Positions 50,200 to 60,582 are shown, counted from the first letter of the stretch. The stretch: DNA of 64,000 nucleotides from a bacterium (GCA_020444065.1 JAHLLQ010000003.1:132979-196978); one strand, 5' to 3'. Notes: generated from the letters alone by a model not told the origin. Made by a program: numbers and translations.

Positions 50200-52425
50200 A
50201 TGGTTGCTTCCGCTCTGTTGCGCCGTGGTGCTGCGGCGCTGGCGATGATTGTTCTGGCCGTGTCCGTTGCGCAGGCCGGGCGCTGGGTGCTGGTCGATTT
50301 CGGAACGTCGGACGGGACGTCCACGACGCCGTACGGGGATTGGAACCAGATTCTGCGACATTCGACGAACGTGGAGTACGTGGATCCTGACGGGAATCCC
50401 GCCCACCAGGGTATCACGGAGATCGAGAGTCTGGCCGAGGGGGATCCGAGTTTCGCGGGAATTCAAGGCACGACACCGATTTCCTTTGCGCGTGGCAACG
50501 CGATTATCTGCACGTTCTACAATCGCGATGTGAATGAGTCGTACTTCCATGCGCGCCTGAGCCTGACCGATGCGGACAGTCCGGATCCCAGCGATACGAC
50601 GAATGCGTGGTACACGATGACGGGCGACATCGGGTATGGCCTGGAAGCGGGTCAGACGGCGGAGTTTGTTTACTATATTTCCGACGCGACGATGGGGAAC
50701 CATTTGCTGGCGCCTCCATCGGTGGGCGACGCGGTGCGCGTTAACATCAACAAGCGATACCCGAACCCGGCGATTGTGCTGACGCGGATCGAGTTCACGG
50801 ACGAGGCGGATTTGACGGCACCATCCGCGCCGGGAAGTCTGACGGCGCAGTTGCAGGCCGCGACCGCGGGAACCAGCCTGAACCACGTGCGGTTGGAGTG
50901 GAGTGCGTCGACGGATCCGGCGCCCAACGCGACTGGAGTGAATCGCTATCTGATCTATCGCGATGGCGCTTTGTTTGATAACGTGGCGCCCGATATGGTG
51001 GAGTACTACGGTACGGACAACTTGCACTACGTGGATCACCAGGTGGCGCCTGGGTCGACGCATTCGTATTCGGTGACGGCGTTGGATGCGGCGCCGTACG
51101 GGATGTATCCGTCGGAGGAGCAGCCGACGCGTCGCCACGGGAACGAAAGCGATTTCGCAACGACGGTGACGATTGGCGTGCCGGCGTGGAGCGGCGCGGC
51201 GCTGATCGATCCGTATTCGCAGTTACAGTATCTCGGGGCGATTCGGCTGCCGGTGGATCTGGAGCCCTGGATGGATTACGTGTCCGATGGCCTGGCGTTC
51301 TGTCCGACGGGAAATCCGGATTATGATTCCGGGACGGAGTGGCCGGGTTCGCTGTATGTGCTGACGCGTTTGTGCGAGCGCGTGTGCGAGATCAGTATTC
51401 CGCAGGCGGTGGATTCGGCGAACATCGATGATGCTCCGCGGGCGACGACGTTGCAGGCGCCGGTGGATATCTGGCCGCATGTTTATGACGGGCAGTACTA
51501 TCCGCAAGGCGGTGGCTGGGCGACGGGCGGGATCACTTATCATCCCGGCGGCAATGGCGTGGGGCCGCACTTGTTCTACGGCATCACCGATGGTTACGGC
51601 AGCCCGCAGGACCAGCCGCATCACGGCGCGTTCGATTTGGATCTGACGACGGCGAATGGTCCGTGGTTTCTGGGCGAGGCGCCGCCGAACCATGTTCCGC
51701 CGGCGTTGACGTCGATGATTCTGTTTCCGGCGCCGCAATCGTGGGCTGATGCGACTGTGGGAGGGCGCTCGTTGATTTGCGGCAATGCGTACCAGTCGGG
51801 TCTTGGCGTGCCATCGCACGGGCCGTCGTTGTTTGCGACGGCGCCGTGGGAAAGCGGCGCGTTGCCGGCGCAGAACGAAACCTGTTCGGCGATTGAGTTG
51901 CTGCGTTACAGCAGCGGGGCGACGCCAGAGCATCGCGTCGAGAACTGGAGCATGGGCGAGGACGGACAGGGCGGTGCGTGGCTGGAGATCGGCGGAAGCA
52001 GTGCCGTTGTGATGTCGACGATTCGGTGCGTCGGCGATCATTGGTATGGCTATGCCGATGGCACGTTCCAGAGCGACGATGATATTCCGGAGCCGATGTT
52101 CGGCGGTCGCGGCAATGGAGCGAGCGACTGGAAGATGTCGCTGCTGTTCTACAACCCCGCGGATCTTGAGACCGTCGCCGCGGGGACGATGGAGAGTTGG
52201 GAGCCTCAGCCGTATGCCGTATTCGATCTCGATCAGTTCTCGCGGAAGCCGGGCGGCACGGAGTTGTCCGGCGCGATCACATACGATGCGACGAATCAGC
52301 GGATTTACCTGATCGAATTCAACGGCGACCCAGGCTACGAGTGGGGCTACGATATGTTGCACGCGTTTGCGCTGCAGCCAGGTGCGGCGATTCCGGAGTT
52401 CGAGGCGGGCTGGATGTTGCGCTAG
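50200..52425 (+). CDS. Secreted protein with a fibronectin-III-like domain.
   Basis: Signal peptide 'AMIVLAVSVAQA'. 'VRLEWSASTDPAPNATGVNRYLIYRDG' is FN3-like. Confidence 0.55.
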   Translation: MVASALLRRGAAALAMIVLAVSVAQAGRWVLVDFGTSDGTSTTPYGDWNQILRHSTNVEYVDPDGNPAHQGITEIESLAEGDPSFAGIQGTTPISFARGNAIICTFYNRDVNESYFHARLSLTDADSPDPSDTTNAWYTMTGDIGYGLEAGQTAEFVYYISDATMGNHLLAPPSVGDAVRVNINKRYPNPAIVLTRIEFTDEADLTAPSAPGSLTAQLQAATAGTSLNHVRLEWSASTDPAPNATGVNRYLIYRDGALFDNVAPDMVEYYGTDNLHYVDHQVAPGSTHSYSVTALDAAPYGMYPSEEQPTRRHGNESDFATTVTIGVPAWSGAALIDPYSQLQYLGAIRLPVDLEPWMDYVSDGLAFCPTGNPDYDSGTEWPGSLYVLTRLCERVCEISIPQAVDSANIDDAPRATTLQAPVDIWPHVYDGQYYPQGGGWATGGITYHPGGNGVGPHLFYGITDGYGSPQDQPHHGAFDLDLTTANGPWFLGEAPPNHVPPALTSMILFPAPQSWADATVGGRSLICGNAYQSGLGVPSHGPSLFATAPWESGALPAQNETCSAIELLRYSSGATPEHRVENWSMGEDGQGGAWLEIGGSSAVVMSTIRCVGDHWYGYADGTFQSDDDIPEPMFGGRGNGASDWKMSLLFYNPADLETVAAGTMESWEPQPYAVFDLDQFSRKPGGTELSGAITYDATNQRIYLIEFNGDPGYEWGYDMLHAFALQPGAAIPEFEAGWMLR

Positions 52426-52432
52426 GGGTAGC

Positions 52433-53968
52433 TCAGCCGTCTGCGGGAAGCGCAGCGATTGCTCGGCGTGCACGGCGGGATTGGAAGAAGCGGTTTGCGC
52501 TTTGTCCGAATGAAATGCCTGCGATGGTGAAATAGCCCGCGGCGAAGAGTGCGGCAAAAGGAAGGGCTTGCGGCACGGTGTAGTACGTTGCCGTGGCGAT
52601 CAGGATGATGAAGTGCGCACCGAGTGCGAACTCAAGCCACGGCAGGATATCGCGAAAGTCGATGTGTCGGCGCGTGATCTTTGACTCCGTTCCTACTTCT
52701 TTCCAAGTGGTTCCCTGGGCAATCATTCCTCGTTTGGGCGTGCGGACGAAGGGCGTTCGCCGGCCAGTGAGTCCGTGGATGACGGCGCAGGCGTTGTTGA
52801 GGCTCATGCCGATACCGATCGCCATTGCCGCGAGGGATAATCCGATCGCACGAAGCCACGATGTGCCGTTCATGCGTGCGGCGCGCGCGAAGTAGGCGGC
52901 GAAGATAACGGTTGCCGGCAGGAATATCAGTAGATCCGTCCAAAGCAGAAGCGCGAGGTTGTTCAATTCGCGAAGCAGAAACACGCGGAACAGCAACAGC
53001 GCCAGGACAAGTAATAGCAGATTCGCGACGTTGCCGAGCAGGTGGATGGCGGCTTCGAGCTTCAGCGGCCATGCGATTGGCGCGCGAAGGATCGTTGGCA
53101 GCAGTTTGCGCGACGTCTCCATCGATCCCTTTGCCCAGCGGTGCTGTTGGCTACGGAATGCGCGAAGATCGGCGGGCAGTTCGGCGGGGGCTTCGACATC
53201 GTCGCGATAGACGAACTTCCATCCGTGAAGTTGCGCGCGGTAGGAGAGGTCGAGGTCTTCGGTGAGCGTGTCGCCTTGCCATCCGCCGGCGTCGTCGATG
53301 GCGGCGCGGCGCCAGATGCCCGCGGTGCCATTGAAATTGAAGTAGCGCCCCGTTGCAGCGCGGACGGCGTGCTCGATGCGAAAATGCGCGTCGAGGAAGA
53401 GAGCCTGTGCGCGGGTCAGAACGGAGTAATCGCGGTTCAGATGACCCCAGCGGGCCTGCACCATTCCGACGCGATCATCGGCGAATTCAGGCACAAGCCG
53501 ACGAAGGAAATCGGGCTGCGGAATGAAGTCTGCATCAAATACGGCAACGAGTTCGGCGTCTGATTGTTGCAGTCCCCATGCAAGCGCGCCGGCTTTGTAG
53601 CCTTCGCGATCCGCGCGGCGCAGATGAGAAATGGAAATGCCGCGTCGGGTCCATGAGTCGACGCGCTCTGCGGCTGCAGTCGTGGTTTCATCGGTCGAAT
53701 CATCGAGAACCTGAACATCGAATTGGTCGCGCGGATAATCGAACTTGCAGACGGCATCGATCAGGCGCGCAGCGACAGCGGGTTCATTGTAGAGCGGAAG
53801 CTGAATCGTGATGGTTGGCAGTTCTTCTTCCGCCGAAGCATCAGGCGGAGTCCGATGCGTGACGTGTCGCAACGCAATCAGCATCCACAGTCGGTGCGCA
53901 CCGAATCCCGCCAATGGCAGCAGGACGGCGAAGTACGCCGCGAGGAGGATGATGTCGATGTGCGTCAT
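52433..53968 (-). CDS. Processive family-2 glycosyltransferase (cellulose-synthase/NodC-like; QxxRW).
   Basis: 'VLDDSTDET', 'VAVFDADF' (DxD), 'SQQHRWAKG' (QxxRW). Multiple TM helices. Confidence 0.8.
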   Translation of the reverse strand: MTHIDIILLAAYFAVLLPLAGFGAHRLWMLIALRHVTHRTPPDASAEEELPTITIQLPLYNEPAVAARLIDAVCKFDYPRDQFDVQVLDDSTDETTTAAAERVDSWTRRGISISHLRRADREGYKAGALAWGLQQSDAELVAVFDADFIPQPDFLRRLVPEFADDRVGMVQARWGHLNRDYSVLTRAQALFLDAHFRIEHAVRAATGRYFNFNGTAGIWRRAAIDDAGGWQGDTLTEDLDLSYRAQLHGWKFVYRDDVEAPAELPADLRAFRSQQHRWAKGSMETSRKLLPTILRAPIAWPLKLEAAIHLLGNVANLLLLVLALLLFRVFLLRELNNLALLLWTDLLIFLPATVIFAAYFARAARMNGTSWLRAIGLSLAAMAIGIGMSLNNACAVIHGLTGRRTPFVRTPKRGMIAQGTTWKEVGTESKITRRHIDFRDILPWLEFALGAHFIILIATATYYTVPQALPFAALFAAGYFTIAGISFGQSANRFFQSRRARRAIAALPADG

Positions 53969-53995
53969 GCGGACTTGGTTGCATTTCTGCGGAGG

Positions 53996-55909
53996 CTATT
54001 CCGCTCCGCTTTTCACAGACACGCCGGCGAGGTGCTTCAGTTCGAATACGAAGCGCGTGTCGTCGTCGTTGTACTGGATTTTCTCTTTCACCGCGCCGGA
54101 ATCGTCCAGCAGCACGGCTGCGGGAATTCGATACACGCCGTAGCGCTTCGCGGTCGAGGGGTGTTTGCTGACGTCGGTGACCAGCATCGTAATGCGTTCC
54201 TGGAAGCGCTGGCCGGCCAGACTGTCCAGCCATTCATTGACGCCGGCACAGGACGCGAGATCGGGATGGTGGAAATACAGCACGCGCGGCTTCGATTCGT
54301 CGTCCATCACACGTTCCAGATTGCGGCTGAATGTCTCCGCTTCGGTGGCGGTGCGTTCGATGCGTGGTGCGGGCGTCGCCGCCGGTGTGTTTGCGGTGGC
54401 GACTTCGTTTGAGTTGCCTGCGCGGTTGAGTTCTTCGATCTTCCCATCGGCGGTCAGCGTGAAGACGGAGTTGCCTTCCTGATCCCGTGGCAGAATGGTG
54501 GGATCCACGGCCATCCACGCGCCGTCGTAGACGTACTTGAAACGGTACATGCCGGCGGTCAGGGGGAAGGTGCGTTCGAAAAGGGATTTGCGATCATCCC
54601 AGCGCAGCAGGGCATCGCTGCCGCTGATGTAGCCGTTGTCGTTGTTGGCCCAGTTGTTGAAATCGCCGGCGACGAAGACCTTTGCGCTCTTGCGCGCTTT
54701 GACTTGGAAGAGAACGCCACCCTGGACCGGGGTCGGCGGCATCATTTCGAGTTCCGCCATTTCGCGGGCGTCTTCGCCAATGAGTGCCATCACTCCGGTC
54801 TCGATGAGCGGATCGGGTTTGCCGGCCAGCTCCTTGATCTTGCCATCGGCCGTCAGTGTGAAAACGGAATTGCCATCCTTGTCCTGAGGGAGATCGATTT
54901 GATCGACGGCTTGCCAGCCGTCGGGATGGCCATTGATGACGTACTTGAAGTGATACTCGCCCGGTTCGATGGCGAGGACTTTGACGAACATGCCGCGCGC
55001 GTCGGGGACCATGCGCGCGTGCGCATCGGTGACGCGTCCGCTGTCATTCTCGCCCCAATTGTTGAAATCGCCGGCGACGTAGATGATCTCCGTCTTTGGG
55101 GCGTAGGCGCGGAACTCGACGCCTCCGGGAACGACGCGTGGAGGCAGAAGAATCTGATCGGTCAGCTCGACGATCGTGTTGCGTCCGGTGATCGTGAAGT
55201 AACGTTCGCCCTGTTCGTCGGCGGGCAGTTCGAGCGCGCCGGGCAGCCACATGGCGTTTTCATCCAGACGAACGCCATACGCGTAAGTTCCAGCGGACAG
55301 CGGAATGGTGCGGACGAATTCGTAGTTTGTGCCGGGGTACATGAGGCCGCTGGCGTTCGCGATGCCGGGTTGGCCTTTGCCCCAGTTGTTGAAGGTGCCG
55401 ACCACTTCCGCCGTTTTGCTGTCGGGCGAGTAGACGCGGAACTGGACGCCCTCGCGCGCAATGCGCGGCGGAAAAACATACGGGTGGGCAGCCGGAACGC
55501 ACGTCCCATCGGGATTGACGACAAGGATGCTGTTTCCATCGCGATCGATCGGGGTCTGCGTGGCGGGCAGAGAAATCCACTCGGTCCACTGGTCCTTTAA
55601 GACGTAGCGGAAGTGGTAAACGCCCGGAGCGAGCGAAAGCGTCTTGCGGAAGACGCCAGCGTTGTCCGGATTGCCCATGGCGAATTCCTCGTTTCGGATC
55701 ACGCCGTCTTCGTTACTGCCCCAATCGTTGAAGGTGCCGACCACGTATGCGCCGGGAGCCCCGGGGGCCTTAATGGCGAACTCGACGCCGCCATCGACCG
55801 TGCGGGGCATCATGGGCTCGGAAGGCACCGCGGCGGCTTGTGCAGCAATGACGACCAATCCCAGGGCCCAGAGCGCTGCCGCGCCGCGAAGTTTCCAGAA
55901 ACGGTTCAT
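53996..55909 (-). CDS. Secreted protein with four CBM48/AMPK-beta-GBD-like modules and a C-terminal thioredoxin-like domain.
   Basis: Signal peptide. Fourfold 'GxFNNWG/AxDFNNW' repeats. C-terminal 'VLYFHHPDLASCAGVNEWL...VLLDDSG'. Confidence 0.65.
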   Translation of the reverse strand: MNRFWKLRGAAALWALGLVVIAAQAAAVPSEPMMPRTVDGGVEFAIKAPGAPGAYVVGTFNDWGSNEDGVIRNEEFAMGNPDNAGVFRKTLSLAPGVYHFRYVLKDQWTEWISLPATQTPIDRDGNSILVVNPDGTCVPAAHPYVFPPRIAREGVQFRVYSPDSKTAEVVGTFNNWGKGQPGIANASGLMYPGTNYEFVRTIPLSAGTYAYGVRLDENAMWLPGALELPADEQGERYFTITGRNTIVELTDQILLPPRVVPGGVEFRAYAPKTEIIYVAGDFNNWGENDSGRVTDAHARMVPDARGMFVKVLAIEPGEYHFKYVINGHPDGWQAVDQIDLPQDKDGNSVFTLTADGKIKELAGKPDPLIETGVMALIGEDAREMAELEMMPPTPVQGGVLFQVKARKSAKVFVAGDFNNWANNDNGYISGSDALLRWDDRKSLFERTFPLTAGMYRFKYVYDGAWMAVDPTILPRDQEGNSVFTLTADGKIEELNRAGNSNEVATANTPAATPAPRIERTATEAETFSRNLERVMDDESKPRVLYFHHPDLASCAGVNEWLDSLAGQRFQERITMLVTDVSKHPSTAKRYGVYRIPAAVLLDDSGAVKEKIQYNDDDTRFVFELKHLAGVSVKSGAE

Positions 55910-56126
55910 AGAAAGGACCTTACGTTTATTCTCGAAGCGGGTTGGATGCTACCGAAGGACTTGGGCGTGCTCAAGCCTCATTGCATTAGACTTCGAGCAT
56001 GGGAATAAGGTTGGATGACGGTTGTATAGACAGTCGTTTGCGCGCGTCTCACTCAGAGATTCTGGTTGATCTTCGGAGCCATATGGATATACTAATTTTA
56101 GTAAATCTACTAAAAGGGTTGGTGAC

Positions 56127-56624
56127 ATGCCATACTCAGTGCTTCCCGACGATTCAGATTACAGACCCTATCAGAATCTGCCGCATCACCTTGACCACAA
56201 GCCCATCCTTGCTCTGCCGTACCAGGCTTTCGATGCATTCTACCCCCGCGAGAGAACCGATGTCCGCTGGATATCGGTGGGTACAGCCCAGTACGACCCC
56301 GGGCACATTTCAGTGAAGACATGGCGGCACTCGGAGAGGCGGTGGAGCAGAATGTCCGAAGAGCTGCCTCTTCACAGGGTCTTTGACGCCGCCGATTTCG
56401 CTGCAAGATGCATTTCCCTCGAGGGTGACACTCTCGAAATTCCGGTTGGTACATATGAAAGGCAGGAACTTGCCATCCGGATTCAGGATGAGAGTGAAAG
56501 CAGAACGTCGGGGGCAATGGATGTGATGGTCGACTTCAACGCGCGGCACGGAGAAATGCTCCGTCGCCGGATGCGGAATCTTCTGGATACTCTCAGATTC
56601 CTGGAGAGTCAGGGCCGCCTCTAG
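56127..56624 (+). CDS. Hypothetical protein.
   Basis: 165-aa ORF preceded by an AT-rich palindromic promoter-like region. Confidence 0.4.
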   Translation: MPYSVLPDDSDYRPYQNLPHHLDHKPILALPYQAFDAFYPRERTDVRWISVGTAQYDPGHISVKTWRHSERRWSRMSEELPLHRVFDAADFAARCISLEGDTLEIPVGTYERQELAIRIQDESESRTSGAMDVMVDFNARHGEMLRRRMRNLLDTLRFLESQGRL

Positions 56625-56685
56625 TTCGCGTCAGAAGGCGAAACTCCGCGGTTTCCAACTCGGCAGCGAGGTGGGCCTGCGGCCT

Positions 56686-57753
56686 TCAGTCGCCCATTTC
56701 CTGTTCCAGGGCGCGAAGGTCCTCGTAGCGGCCGAGGGCGACAAGGACGTCGCCGACCTGAACCTTGCTGTCTGCTCCAGGGTTGAATTCGAGCCAGCCT
56801 TCCTCCTTCGAGCGGTGGATGGCGGCGACGATGATGCTGAATCGGTGGCCGAGATCGAGCTGGCGGAGCGTCTTTTCGGCGAGTGGCGATTTGGCGGGGA
56901 CTTCGAGCTCTTCGAGCTGGATCTTCTCGCCGCCGGGCGTCGCGGTCATATCGAGGAAGTCGACCACGGAGGGGCGCAGGGCAGCCTGCGAGATGTAGAT
57001 GGCGCCCCGTTCGAGGGGCGAGACGACGCGCGAGGCGCCCGCGCGCTTCAGTTTATTTTCGGCCAGGTCGCCCATGCCCTGGGCGATGATGGTGACGTCG
57101 GGATTCAGCGCACGCGCAGAGAGCGTGATGTAGACATTGATTGGATCGTCCTGCGCAACAACGATCACGGCGGCGGCTCGATTGATGCCCGCGTCGTTCA
57201 AGATGCGATCTTCGGACGCGTCGCCCTGGATGTTCAGGATGCCGCGATTGGTCATCTCGTCGCAGCACTCGCGATCCGTGTCGATAACGAGCAGCGGGCG
57301 GTCGTAGGCGAGGAGTTGATCGATGACCATGCGGCCGAGGCGGCTGTAGCCGCAGACGATGTAGTGATCCTCGAGGCGTTCGATTTCTCTGCGCATCTTT
57401 CGGGCTCCGTACTTGTTCATCAGGACGCCGCTGACGAGGAACTGGCCGAGCGTCGTCGCGGCGTAGGTGAAGATGATCAGGTTGAAGATAACAAGGCCGA
57501 TGGTGAAGGCTCGGCCGGCTTCGCTGAAGTTCGACGGTTCGCTGTAGCCGATTGTTGAAACGGTGATGACGGTGAAGTAGAATGCGTCGAAGAGCGGAAC
57601 GCCTTCGATGAGGTGATAGCCGCAAGTTCCGATGAGCAGGATTGCAATAATCAGTGCGAGCGAGGTGGCAACCTGGCGGGTCGGGAAGTCCAGATGCGCG
57701 CCGTCGGGTGACGGAGGAATCCGGTTAATGCGGCGATACTGGCGCAGCGGCAT
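56686..57753 (-). CDS. Ion channel (K+-channel-like pore) with tandem RCK/TrkA domains.
   Basis: Two TM helices plus a pore 'TVITVSTIGYSE' (TxGY-like). 'HYIVCGYSRLGR' Rossmann RCK motifs x2. Confidence 0.7.
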   Translation of the reverse strand: MPLRQYRRINRIPPSPDGAHLDFPTRQVATSLALIIAILLIGTCGYHLIEGVPLFDAFYFTVITVSTIGYSEPSNFSEAGRAFTIGLVIFNLIIFTYAATTLGQFLVSGVLMNKYGARKMRREIERLEDHYIVCGYSRLGRMVIDQLLAYDRPLLVIDTDRECCDEMTNRGILNIQGDASEDRILNDAGINRAAAVIVVAQDDPINVYITLSARALNPDVTIIAQGMGDLAENKLKRAGASRVVSPLERGAIYISQAALRPSVVDFLDMTATPGGEKIQLEELEVPAKSPLAEKTLRQLDLGHRFSIIVAAIHRSKEEGWLEFNPGADSKVQVGDVLVALGRYEDLRALEQEMGD

Positions 57754-57774
57754 GGCGGCTCCCCTCTGAACCGA

Positions 57775-58572
57775 TCACTCCACAAAATCACCCAGATCGA
57801 CTCGCACACGCTCGACTTTGCGGGCGATGCCATTCATGGGATCGACCTCGATGAAAAGGCCACAGACGCGCACGTCGCGCGGTTCGGCGACTTCGAAGCG
57901 TTTCGGGCGAAGCGTCAGCATCGTCTCCAGAATGATGTCCGTGCCGCAACCGATCACTGAGTCGTAGGGGCCTGTCATGCCGGAGTCGGTGATGTACGCG
58001 GTGCCTTTCGGCAGAATGCGCTCATCGGCCGTCTGGATGTGCGTGTGGGTGCCGATGACGGCGCTGGCGCGGCCGTCCATGAACCAGCCCATCGCGATCT
58101 TCTCGCTCGTGGTTTCGGCGTGAAAGTCGAAGATAATGATGGGGGTCTCTTTCGCGAGCCTGTCGGCCATGGCGGCGGCGCCGCGAAAGGGGTCGTCGAA
58201 GTGGGCCATGAAGGCGCGTCCGCAGAAGTTCATGACGGCGACGGGAAAGCCGGCGGCGCTGTCGTACACAGCGGCGCCAATGCCTGGCGTGCCCTCGGGG
58301 AAATTCGCGGGGCGCAGGAGGCGGCGCTCGGCGTCGTAGATCTCGTCGCAGCCCTTCTGGTACATGCTGTGGTTGCCGCCGGTCAGGCAGTCGATGCCGA
58401 GGTCGAGGAATTCCTCGACGATCTTGCGGTTCACGCCTTTGCCGCCGGCGGAGTTCTCGGCGTTGGCGATGATGAAGTCGGGTTCGTAGCGCTTGCGGAG
58501 CTCGGGGAGGGCCTTCTTGACGGCGGTGCGACCGGGCCGACCGAAGATATCTCCAATAAATAGAATGTTCAT
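57775..58572 (-). CDS. ymdB: YmdB-family metallophosphoesterase (2',3'-cNMP phosphodiesterase-like).
   Basis: 'MNILFIGDIFGRPGR...FIIANAENSAGGKG' is the YmdB/TIGR00282 signature. Confidence 0.8.
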   Translation of the reverse strand: MNILFIGDIFGRPGRTAVKKALPELRKRYEPDFIIANAENSAGGKGVNRKIVEEFLDLGIDCLTGGNHSMYQKGCDEIYDAERRLLRPANFPEGTPGIGAAVYDSAAGFPVAVMNFCGRAFMAHFDDPFRGAAAMADRLAKETPIIIFDFHAETTSEKIAMGWFMDGRASAVIGTHTHIQTADERILPKGTAYITDSGMTGPYDSVIGCGTDIILETMLTLRPKRFEVAEPRDVRVCGLFIEVDPMNGIARKVERVRVDLGDFVE

Positions 58573-58948
58573 GAGCAGCGCCCCGGGATGATGTTTCGAC
58601 GTTCAAGGCCTGTGGTGGGGCGGGTTGGCGCGTCAATCGGAGACACGACAGGGCATTCTCATTGTCCCAACCTCTTCGTTGCGCGGCGGACGGTGGGCTC
58701 GGTCACGTACTGGAGTACGCTCCCTCGCCCCCCGCCTTGCGCGCCTCGATCTTGGAACAAGCAGAATGCCCTGTCGGGGTGGTGGTGGGGCGCCCAGGGC
58801 TTGCGCCTTGGGCTGGTACAGGGCGGGGCATTGCCCCTTTTTGTGGGTTCGAGTGCGAGTTCGAGTACGTGTACGAGTCCGAGAGGGATTGTGTGCTCAT
58901 GCTCAGCGAATCGGTGCTCGTCGCCGGGCTGTGGTTGGTGGGTTGGCT

Positions 58949-59034
58949 CTTGGGCAAGGATGCCCAAGTCACCTCGAAAAAGACATGCCGTCTGAGGTGA
59001 CTTGAGCATCCTTGCTCAAGCCCCAGAGGTTTTG
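58949..59034. repeat. Full palindromic MITE/REP-like element of the same family as the 9.0-9.3 kb tandem array.
   Basis: CTTGGGCAAGGATGCCCAAGTCACCTCG...TGAGGTGACTTGAGCATCCTTGCTCAAG. Confidence 0.65.
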
Positions 59035-59114
59035 GGCTTTTCTGCTGACGTATTCTGGATTCTTCGAGGCGTGGCGGGCAATTTGCCGGCTGGAAGCCGG
59101 CGGTCCCAGGGGCT

Positions 59115-60050
59115 TCAGCTGCGACGTTTGCGGCGTGAGCGGGGTTTCTTGTCTTCCCTGGCAGGTTCGGGGGCTGCGTCTTCTTTGGGCAGGGGAGGGG
59201 CGGTGCTGGGGTGGCTGTGGGGGGAGATCGGTTGTTTGTGCGACCACCACAGGAGGCCGACTCCGATGGGGACCATCAGGAGCGAGAGGATCTGGGAGGT
59301 GCTGAGGAGGCCGCCGAGCCACAGGCCGCGTTCGGCGTCGCCGCGCAGGAATTCGAGGAGGAACCGCAGCAGGGCGTAGCCGATGACGTACAGCGCCAAA
59401 GTCTGCCCCGGGCGACGCGGGCGGGTCGCGAACCAGAGCAGCGCGAAGCCGATCAGGAAGAGTCCGGCGGACTCCATGAGCTGCACCGGCCAGATGCCAA
59501 GGCTGTGCCCGGCGCCGGGCGGGATGACACCGCGGGAGAGCTGGTCCTCGAAGGCGTTGTAGAACGGCAGGCCGTTGGGCTGAGTGTGGGGCTCGATGTG
59601 GATGGCGAACGGGGAATTGCACTGGCCGCCGAAGCAGCAGCCGGCGAAGTGACACCCAATGCGGCCGAAGGCATGGCCGATGGCGATGCTGGGCGCGACG
59701 ATATCGCCCATCGGCAGGATCGGGATTTTGCGCCATCTGAGGAAGATGATGCAGCAGATGACGGCGCCGATCAGTCCGCCGAGGAAGACGAATCCGGTCC
59801 GCGAGAGCAGGATGCTCATCGGGTCGGTTTTGAAGGTCTCCCATTCCAGGAAAATGAAGAAGATGCGGGCGGAGACGAGTCCGCCGATGACGGCCACAAG
59901 CGCGAGATCGAACACGCGATCGGGTGCGATGCCGCGGCGTCGGGCGCGCCAGCTGGCGAGCGTGACGGCGACGAGCAAGCCGAGGGCGACCATGACTCCG
60001 TAGGTGCCGATAAAGAAGGAATCGCCGATCTGGATGAGTACGGGGTGCAT
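59115..60050 (-). CDS. lgt: Prolipoprotein diacylglyceryl transferase.
   Basis: 'GHAFGRIGCHFAGCCFG' Lgt signature. Seven TM helices. Confidence 0.85.
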   Translation of the reverse strand: MHPVLIQIGDSFFIGTYGVMVALGLLVAVTLASWRARRRGIAPDRVFDLALVAVIGGLVSARIFFIFLEWETFKTDPMSILLSRTGFVFLGGLIGAVICCIIFLRWRKIPILPMGDIVAPSIAIGHAFGRIGCHFAGCCFGGQCNSPFAIHIEPHTQPNGLPFYNAFEDQLSRGVIPPGAGHSLGIWPVQLMESAGLFLIGFALLWFATRPRRPGQTLALYVIGYALLRFLLEFLRGDAERGLWLGGLLSTSQILSLLMVPIGVGLLWWSHKQPISPHSHPSTAPPLPKEDAAPEPAREDKKPRSRRKRRS

Positions 60051-60297
60051 TGGATCTCCTGGAGGCCGTCAAGCAACGACCAGGCGCGCAGTGTGGGCGC
60101 CGGGGAGGATGAGAGGCAAACGAAATGCCAAGAGCAGTGGCTAGTGGCGAGTGGCGAGTGGCCTTCGCTGAAGCTGCGGCGCCCTACGGTGATGAGTCGC
60201 AACAAAGGATCGTGCCAGCGCCTTGCGCGTCTCGATCTTGGCCCAAGCAGAACGCCCTGGCACGTTGGGAAGGGCTGAGGTTTCCACACGAAACGGG

Positions 60298-60503
60298 GTT
60301 GCCTCGGACATCGGCCGGGATGTTTTCTATGCATGTCGGTATTTCGAGGATAGCCAAAGATGGCACGGCTTGCTCGTATCGTTTCGCCCGGGGGCGGCAC
60401 TCGCCTTCGCCGCCACAAGCGCAGGCGGTTATCGAAAGAGGAAGAATCTACCGGCAAGATGGAGATGACGTTCGATGAATAGAGTATCCTGTCGCCGAAT
60501 GTC
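60298..60503 (+). repeat. Copy 1 of a ~210-bp GC-rich structured repeat (family C) with terminal inverted repeats GGACATCGGC...GCCGAATGTCC.
   Basis: 80-90% identical to 61281-61498, 62287-62386 (partial) and 62871-63083. Internal palindrome GACATCGGCCGGGATGTT. Confidence 0.7.
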
Positions 60504-60582
60504 CCACACCTACCGGATAAGTGCAGTAAGGACATTCGCAGCAATTCAGTAGTGCAAGATACTCAATCATGAGGAAGGCATA

